From Octopus vulgaris (Eukaryota): a DNA stretch of 64,000 nucleotides. Within the stretch, counting starts at the first letter, position 1. The number at the start of each line of letters is the position of its first letter. The position numbers and the translations under genes were made by a program. The notes under the pieces were generated by a model. The model made no database searches and had not been told where the DNA came from. It saw only the letters and a list, made by a program, of their open reading frames with translations. The stretch covers positions 18,848,001-18,912,000 of the forward strand of contig OX597823.1 in NCBI GenBank assembly GCA_951406725.2. The letters are read 5' to 3'. This document shows, one piece after another, positions 56,617 through 64,000 of this stretch.

Positions 56617-56742
56617 GCTGGTGGTGCTGGTGGCGGTGGTGGTGACATTACGAGTTGTGTGTGGTGGTTGCCGTTCCGAAGATAGTTGTAGATGTGGCAA
56701 CACAGTATTGGTTGTTTTTAAGTTTGCATACACGTGCGTGTA

Positions 56743-56780
<38 letters not shown>

Positions 56781-56959
56781 TGTGTGTGTTTTAGTGTGGG
56801 AAGTGTCTGTGTATGTATCTATGTTTATATAATAGACACACACACATACACACACACACACACACACACAGATATATATATATATATACATAAGATATAT
56901 ATATATATATACATACTTATATGTATGTATAGATGTATATGTAAATATATATATATATA

Positions 56960-57079
<120 letters not shown>

Positions 57080-57494
57080 TGTATGTATGTATGTATGTAT
57101 TGATGGATGCATTATATTATATTATATATGTAAACACATATACTAACGCGCGTGCGGATTTGTGAGTGGAGCATTTTAACGCAGATAAAATGTGACAAAA
57201 TGGCAGTTGTAATGTGGGTTGATTGGTGGGGGGGGGGGCCGAGTGGAGGTGGGCAGATGATATCTTAATACTTTCTCAACATTATCGGTAAAATGACAAT
57301 AAACGAAATTACAGGATTTTATAAAAAAAAGGGGGGAAATATAAAATATTATTACTATAAATACTACTTCGCCAACCTTTTGCTAATATATGGCACAAAG
57401 GTGGTTGAGTGATTAAGAAGCAATCTCTAAGCGCTGTTTTACGTTTCGATCCTTTTGCGTGGCTCCTTAACCCTTTATCGGTACAACTCTCCCT

Positions 57495-57702
57495 CTTTTA
57501 CTCTTTTACTTGTTTCAGTCATTTGACTGCGGCCATGCTGGAGCACCGCCTTTAGTCGATCAAATCGACCCCGGAACTTATTCTTTGTAAGCCCAGTACT
57601 TATTCTATCGGTCTCTTTTTGCCGAACCGCTAAGTGGCGGGGACGTAGACACACCAGCATCGGTTGTCAAGCAATGCTAGGGGGACAAACACAGACACAC
57701 AA

Positions 57703-57741
<39 letters not shown>

Positions 57742-57910
57742 CATATATACGACAGGCTTCTTTCAGTTTCCGTCTACCAGATCCACTCACAAGGCATTGG
57801 TCGGCCCGGGGCTATAGCAGAAGACACTTGCCCAAGATGCCAGGCAGTGGGACTGAACCCGCAACCATGTGGTTGGTTAGCAAGCTACTTACCACACAGC
57901 CACTCCTGGC
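57495..57910 (-). mobile_element. Full-length SINE family C
   Basis: Near-identical to the reverse complement of 28351-28770. Confidence 0.9.
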
Positions 57911-58106
57911 ACCTTTTTTTTTTTTTCAAAGCTTATCCTAAACGTCCATGCTTCTTTTCATATCTTTAGTTTCATATGTTGTGAGTTTACGTAAAGCTAT
58001 CCTTTCATAAGTCCCGTGTTACTCTTTTTGATGAAATATCAAACTGGGAACGTGTATCACATATGATACATGAATGCCAGGGAAATATGCCTCGTGTATC
58101 ACATGT

Positions 58107-58333
58107 GGGCGAGCTGGCAGAAACGTTAGCACACCGGACGAAATGCTTAGCGGTATTGCGTCTGTCGTTGCGTTCTGAGTTCAAATTCCGCCGAGGTCGA
58201 CTTTGCCTTTCATCCTTTCGGGGTCGATAAATTAAGTACCAGTTACGCACTGAGGTCGATGTAATCGACTTAATCCATTTGTCTGTCCTTGTTTGTCCCC
58301 TCTATCTTTAGCCCCTTGTGGGCAATAAAGAAA
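58107..58333 (+). mobile_element. SINE family A monomer
   Basis: Head, core and tail present. Confidence 0.9.
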
Positions 58334-58467
58334 CAGATATACAGGACAGACAAAGGCTTAAGCAAATACCTTCTCTCAGGTTGGTTGTAAAATAATGGTA
58401 AGTTTTGTTATTTTTTAGAGTTTTGCGTATATTTTGGAATAAACATTTAACTATATCTTTACTTATA

Positions 58468-58845
58468 GGCGTAGGCGTGGGCGTAGGCGTGGGCGTAGGC
58501 GTGGGCGTAGGCGTGGGCGTAGGCGTGGGCGTAGGCGTGGGCGTAGGCGTGGGCGTAGGCGTGGCTGTGTGGTAAGTAGCTTGCTTACAAACCACATGGT
58601 TCCGGGTTCAGTCCCACTGCGTGGCACCTTGGGCAAGTATCTTCTACTATAGCCTCGGACCGACCAAAGCCTTGTGAGAGGATTTGGTAGACGGAAACTG
58701 AAAGAAACTCGTTGTATATATGTATACATGTATGTATGTGTGTGTATATATTTGTGTGTCTGTGTTTGTTCCCCCAACATCGCTTGACAACCGATGCTGG
58801 TGTGTTTACGTCCCTGTAACTTAGCTGTTCGGAAAAAGAGACCAA
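58468..58845 (+). mobile_element. SINE family C with 8x duplicated 12-bp 5' end
   Basis: (GGCGTAGGCGTG)8 followed by GCTGTGTGGTAAG. Confidence 0.9.
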
Positions 58846-58869
58846 TATGTACGCATGCTTGGACAAAAA

Positions 58870-59165
58870 CTATTGCATGAATGCATTCCCAGTGACAAAC
58901 TCCAATATTCTTATCTTGAAATATATCATCCCAAATTTATTGCGTAGGAATTTACGCCAAGTTAAATTCTTCAGAGCCATTAACAATAGTCGACATGGCA
59001 TGTATATAGCAAAATTCGTCACATAAGAAATTTCACAAAAAGGATAATATCTACCTCCGTTTTCGTATTTGGTTTGCAAAGCTTCTTGATGTGAATTCGT
59101 GTGTTGAAACAAATTTTGTATATTGGGAAACAAGAAACACACGCACTGGTTGAATATCATATTTA
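58870..59165 (-). pseudogene. Possible decayed Mutator-like (MULE) transposase fragment
   Basis: Weak: FPN..., EEF...P...DDIFQD*NIG resembles DYFEDTYIG; frameshifted. Confidence 0.3.
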
Positions 59166-59338
59166 TTGTTTGTTTGTCAATCAGTTAACTCCTACCCTAC
59201 CTCTTTTTATGGGCATTCACTCCTAAAGTTTGTTTGTTTATGTGGTAATGGGTACTTATGGCCACAGGAAATTAAGATTACCTTTAATTAGGCGTAGGAG
59301 TGGCTGTGTGGTAAGTAGCTTGCTTATGTATGTACGTA

Positions 59339-59386
<48 letters not shown>

Positions 59387-59390
<4 letters not shown>

Positions 59391-59694
59391 CGTGATCACC
59401 GTGACCGACCAGGCTATCAGATGTTGCTACACATCGCTGGTCACAATGCGCTTCGCATTGTTTTAGCCTTCAAATGACGCCACCCCGCTGGCTAAGCGAG
59501 CAGGCCAACAGAAGAGTGAGAGAAAGTTGTGGCGAAAGAGTACAGCAGGGATCGCCACCACCCCCTGCCGGAACCGCGTGGAGCATTAGGTGCTTTCGCT
59601 CAATAAACACTCACAACGCCCGGTCTGGGAATCGAAACCGCGATCATACAACCGCGAGTCCGCTGCCCTAACCAGTGGGCCATTGCGCCTCCAC
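59387..59694 (-). mobile_element. SINE family B (tail type 3) nested in a SINE C (59291-60072)
   Basis: Tail matches the 32318 copy; SINE C halves on either side. Confidence 0.85.
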
Positions 59695-59749
59695 ACATAC
59701 ACACACACACACACACAGACACACACATATATATATATATATATATTAA

Positions 59750-59827
<78 letters not shown>

Positions 59828-60396
59828 GTACGTATGTATGTATGTATGTATATGTATGTATGTATGTTTGTGTGTCTGTCTTTGTCCCCCCCCCCCAGCA
59901 TCGCTTGGCAACCGATGCTGGTGTGTTTACGTCCCCGTAATTTAGCGGTTCGGCAAGAGAGACCGATAGAATAAGTGCTAGGCTCACAAAGAATAAGTCC
60001 TGGGGTCGATTTGCTCGGCTAAATGCGGTGCTCCAGCATGGCCGCAGTCATATGACTGAAACAAGTAAAGGAGTATTAGGGAAAACATCTAATAATATTT
60101 ATTTATGACCAGCAGCCAGTTCTGAGCTGTCAGCTCATAATGCTCTTAATTCTCGATAAACCCGGTCTACTAGCCCCTTGGATCTTTTGATGGCAATAAG
60201 AAGACAGATAAAAAATTAGAAATGAATTACATGACCTCCCCCCTCCACTGTGATCCATTTTTGTCATTCCAAAATTGTAGTTGTTTTTCTCTTAGCTTAT
60301 TATTATCTGCATAGCTCGAAGGTGAATGAAATCAAATACGTAACAGGATGTCAGGTATTAATGCGATACGACCGTTTCAAGTGGCTCCATGTTGCG

Positions 60397-60418
60397 GGGG
60401 ACAAACACAGACACACAA

Positions 60419-60467
<49 letters not shown>

Positions 60468-60638
60468 CACATATATACGACGGGCTTCTTTCAATTTCCG
60501 TCTCCAAATCCATTCACAAAGCTTTGGTCGGCCCGAGGCTATAGTAGAAGACAGTTGCACAAGTGCCATGCAGTGGGACTGAACCCGGAACCATGTGGTT
60601 GGTAAGCAAGCTTCTTGCAACACAGCCACTTCTACGCC
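60397..60638 (-). mobile_element. SINE family C 5' part
   Basis: CACAGCCACTTCTACGCC head. Confidence 0.8.
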
Positions 60639-60896
60639 TGTAAACAGAAATTATTATAATGGTCATCATCAAGAGCAGCACAATCACAATCATTACCATC
60701 ATGAATATCACCACATCATCATCATCGTCATCATCATCGTCATCATCATCACCACCACGATCAGTAGCAGCAGCAGCAGTAGCAGCAGCAGCAGCAGTAG
60801 CAGCAATATTAGGAAGAACAGTTGCAGCACCATCTTGAAGGTATCAACAACAATGTAAATGTCCTCTTGAATACCCCGACCATTACACAAATAAAA

Positions 60897-61282
60897 GTGG
60901 AGGCGCAATGGCCCAGTGGTTAGGGCAGCGGACTCGCGGTCATAGGATCGCGGTTTCGATTCCCACACCGGGCGTTGTGAGTGTTTATTGAGCGAAAACA
61001 CCTAAAGCTCCACGAGGCTCCGGCAGGGGATGGTGGTGATCCCTGCTGTACTCTTCCACCACAACTTTCTCTCACTCTTACTTCCTGTTTCTGTTGTACC
61101 TGTATTTCAAAGGGGCCGGCCTTGTCACTCTCTGTGTCACGCTGAATATCCCCGAGAACTACGTTAAGGGTACACGTGTCTGTGGAGTGCTCAGCCACTT
61201 ACACGTTAATTTCACGAGCAGGCTGTTCCGTTGATTCGGATCAACCGGAACCCTCATCGTCGTAACCGACGGAGTGCTTCCA
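60897..61282 (+). mobile_element. Full-length SINE family B, tail type 2
   Basis: GTGGAGGCGCAATGGCCCAGTGGTTAGG...GTTTCGATTCCC. Confidence 0.9.
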
Positions 61283-61353
61283 CCCCGACCATTATCACAA
61301 ATAAAAATAACTCTGGAATCAATAATAAATGTGTGCGTGCGCTTGTGTGTGTA

Positions 61354-61386
<33 letters not shown>

Positions 61387-62690
61387 GCGTGTGCGCGCTT
61401 GTGTGTGTGTGTGTGTGTGTGTTTGTATGTAACTATACGCGTATGCATGCGAGTGAATACGTGGCCGAGTGCATGCGTTCGCTCTCGTGTATGTTTTCAC
61501 TACGGTCATCCTTATCTAGTAAATGACTTAATCATCCGGAATAACGGATATTAACTGAAACCTTTGAACGGTGTTTAGTTATTAGCCAGTCACATGCTTC
61601 CGTGTTTCGGTAGGGTCTTCCTTAAAACTCATCACAAGAAATCTGTTGAAATTCCGGCCGCTTGAAATTCATTCAGTTTTCTTTTTTGATTCATAATTTT
61701 TTTTTTTCATTTTCATTCATTCTTTTTCTTCTTTATTTTTAGAATCAGAATTGGCTCAAGAATAATGAGAAGTTTAATTTTTGTTTGATTTTTTTTTTTA
61801 TATTTTGAATGATTAATGTCCCATTTAGTTTGACCCATTTCTAAACGCTGGGGCCTTGTTTATGATTGCCCATGTAACTATTTATTCACCAACCCTTCGT
61901 TTCCGAATCCCCAAATGTATTTTGAGAATGCTTTGCTGCTTTATCAGTAACGAATAAGTTTTTTGGGTTGATGTACACGAAGTTTGAATGGATCCATGCT
62001 CTCTCTCTCTCTCTTTCTCTCCCTCCCTCTCTTTCTCTCTCTTTCTCTCTTTCTCTCTCCCTCGCCCTCTCCCTCTTGCTCTCTCCCTCCCTCTCTGTCT
62101 CTTTTTTCTCTCTACCTCCCCTCCATCTCTCTCTCTCTCTCTCTGAGAGTTCGTAATTGGCTGCTGTTTTCTTGTGGGTGAGCTTTTTTATATTTTATTT
62201 TCAGTGAAAATGTCAGCGCCATATATGCTCACAAAATGCATAATGTTTCATGCTAACGTCTACTTCAGAATTGCATGAAATACCGCTCTTATGTCACCAA
62301 AAACGCTCTGATATATTTTCCTCCATTTTTTTTTAATTGACTTTCATTACCTAACAAATTTATGTTTGTGTAAATCATTTGCAAAGTCCACACTCGTAAA
62401 TTTATTAATCAATAGATGAATCAATCATTCCAACATCGATCCATCTATCTTACAAAAGTATTTTAAACAGAGTCTCAATTTCTTGACCTTGCTTCTTATC
62501 AGATAGCTGGAAAGTGTGTATTTAGCCCTATTAATACGAGCACGTTGCATGCCAGAACCATTTACGTGCATTGTAAAATTTGAGTTCAGAATTGTGACTT
62601 ATAAAAGCATTTATCAAATATACATTGTTCATGTTGCTTTTATCTACATAGGTAAAATAAGTTTCCTCGCAATGCATATTTATAACTAAA

Positions 62691-63088
62691 CTAGCAGTAT
62701 CGCCCGGCGTTGCTCGGGTTTGTAAGGGAAATAACTATATAATCATTTTTAGAGAGTTATAGCCAAAAAATAGCAAAAAAATGCATTAAAAATGGGAAAA
62801 AAATTATGGTAAATTTTTTTTTTAAATCATTGACTCATCGTAGACAATTTTAGAGAGTTACTTCCCTTATATAATAGCGAAAAAATGTATTAAAATGGAA
62901 AAAAATTATGGTAAATTTTTTTTTAAATCGTAGACTCATCGTAGACGCGCGCTAATACCCAGAAGGGCTCGATATGAATCACGACTATAAGATACCCGGT
63001 TTTGGTTAAACTGCACCGCAAAATGTGGGAGTAGTTAGGAATCTAAATCGTAGGAGAGACACACAACCTCACTTTTATATATAAATAT
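62691..63088 (-). mobile_element. Non-autonomous Helitron
   Basis: Minus-strand 3' end has hairpin CCCGAGCAACGCCGGG then CTAG|T; 5' end is AT-rich TTATATATAAAAG; internal ~100-bp tandem duplication. Confidence 0.75.
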
Positions 63089-63597
63089 AGACTGAGCTGA
63101 TATGATTTTCGCGTCTGAGGGGCTTCGGTGCTATTCAGTTTCCTCAGCTTTTGTCCAGACCTGGCGTGGATCTTTACGCGCTCTTACGCGCCGTTATAAT
63201 CCAATTATAAGGTGTCTTGGTTAGGTGCCCGGCTTGAGGGTAAACAGTCTCATGAATTGGTTCAATATGATGTTCGAGTGTCCTGGCCAAGCTCGACATC
63301 AATACAGAGCTTGTGTAAGAAGTCACTGGGATCAAATAAGCTGAGGAAGGACAGCTCGGCCCAAATCGGAAACGCGGCGATCAAGTGACTCCGTGTCGAA
63401 CAGTTGAAATGTCACGCCTGTGAACAGTTTCGGCTAACGGCTCATTCGACATGAATGAATCTTAATCATAGAGAAGCTAGCGAAGGAGAGTCAACGTGGC
63501 TCTTCAGTCAGCTAGAAACAGCGATCAAATCTCCAGCAAATCACTTTTTGCCGTCTTTAAAAAGGAAATTATATATCTGTTAATTTTTTTTTTTTTT

Positions 63598-63930
63598 TAC
63601 CCCCTTCGGTCAGACACTGACCATGGGTTTGCACCTAGAGAGTTACCCTCTGAGGCACAAGTCTGGGCAAGGCTGTTTTTATGGAAGACCAGCAGTCGCC
63701 CATGCATACCGGTCTCCCCTCTCCACGTCACCGATGTTGTCCAAGGGAAAGGCAAGGGCCGATACAGCTTGGCACCTGTGACGTCGCAACTCATTTCTAC
63801 AGCTGAGTGAACTGGAGCAACATGAAATAAAGTGTCTTGCTCAAGAACGCAATATACAGCCCGGTCCAGGATTCGAGCTCACAACCTCACGATCGTAAGC
63901 TCGACGCTCTAACCACTGAGCCACGCGCCT
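63598..63930 (-). mobile_element. SINE family D
   Basis: Homologous to 45933-46289. Confidence 0.85.
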
Positions 63931-64000
63931 GTTAATAAAATCTAAGATATATCATGCCTGAAAAGAGGCGTTTGTCACGACCGAAAAGCCATTGACTGCA

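Noticed and set aside
60897-60970. tRNA gene (also 21002, 45933, 63860)
   Set aside because: tRNA-like A/B boxes continue into SINE bodies, several with TSDs; no clean cloverleaf

Overview
Eukaryotic, very repeat-dense, apparently intergenic or intronic DNA. The SINE families and microsatellite load look like an octopus (coleoid cephalopod) genome; this is recognition from memory, not verified. No intact host protein-coding gene is supported, and nearly all listed ORFs are translations of microsatellites or SINEs. The window holds: (1) four tRNA-derived SINE families, one forming head + tandem-body multimers and one with swappable 3' tails; (2) decayed non-LTR retrotransposons, including R4/Dong-like fragments with a restriction-like endonuclease (RLE) sitting in (TACA)n, (TAA)n or (CTA)n tracts, an RNase H-containing I-like LINE and an RTE 3' end; (3) DNA transposons and MITEs (mariner, DD37D maT, hAT, piggyBac-like, Helitron), often nested with readable target-site duplications (TSDs); (4) three short elements with minimal type I hammerhead ribozyme motifs; (5) an ~85-bp satellite carrying the octamer ATGCAAAT; (6) several long inverted repeats. 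Coordinates were read by eye. TIR, TSD and hammerhead positions were counted; repeat boundaries are approximate.
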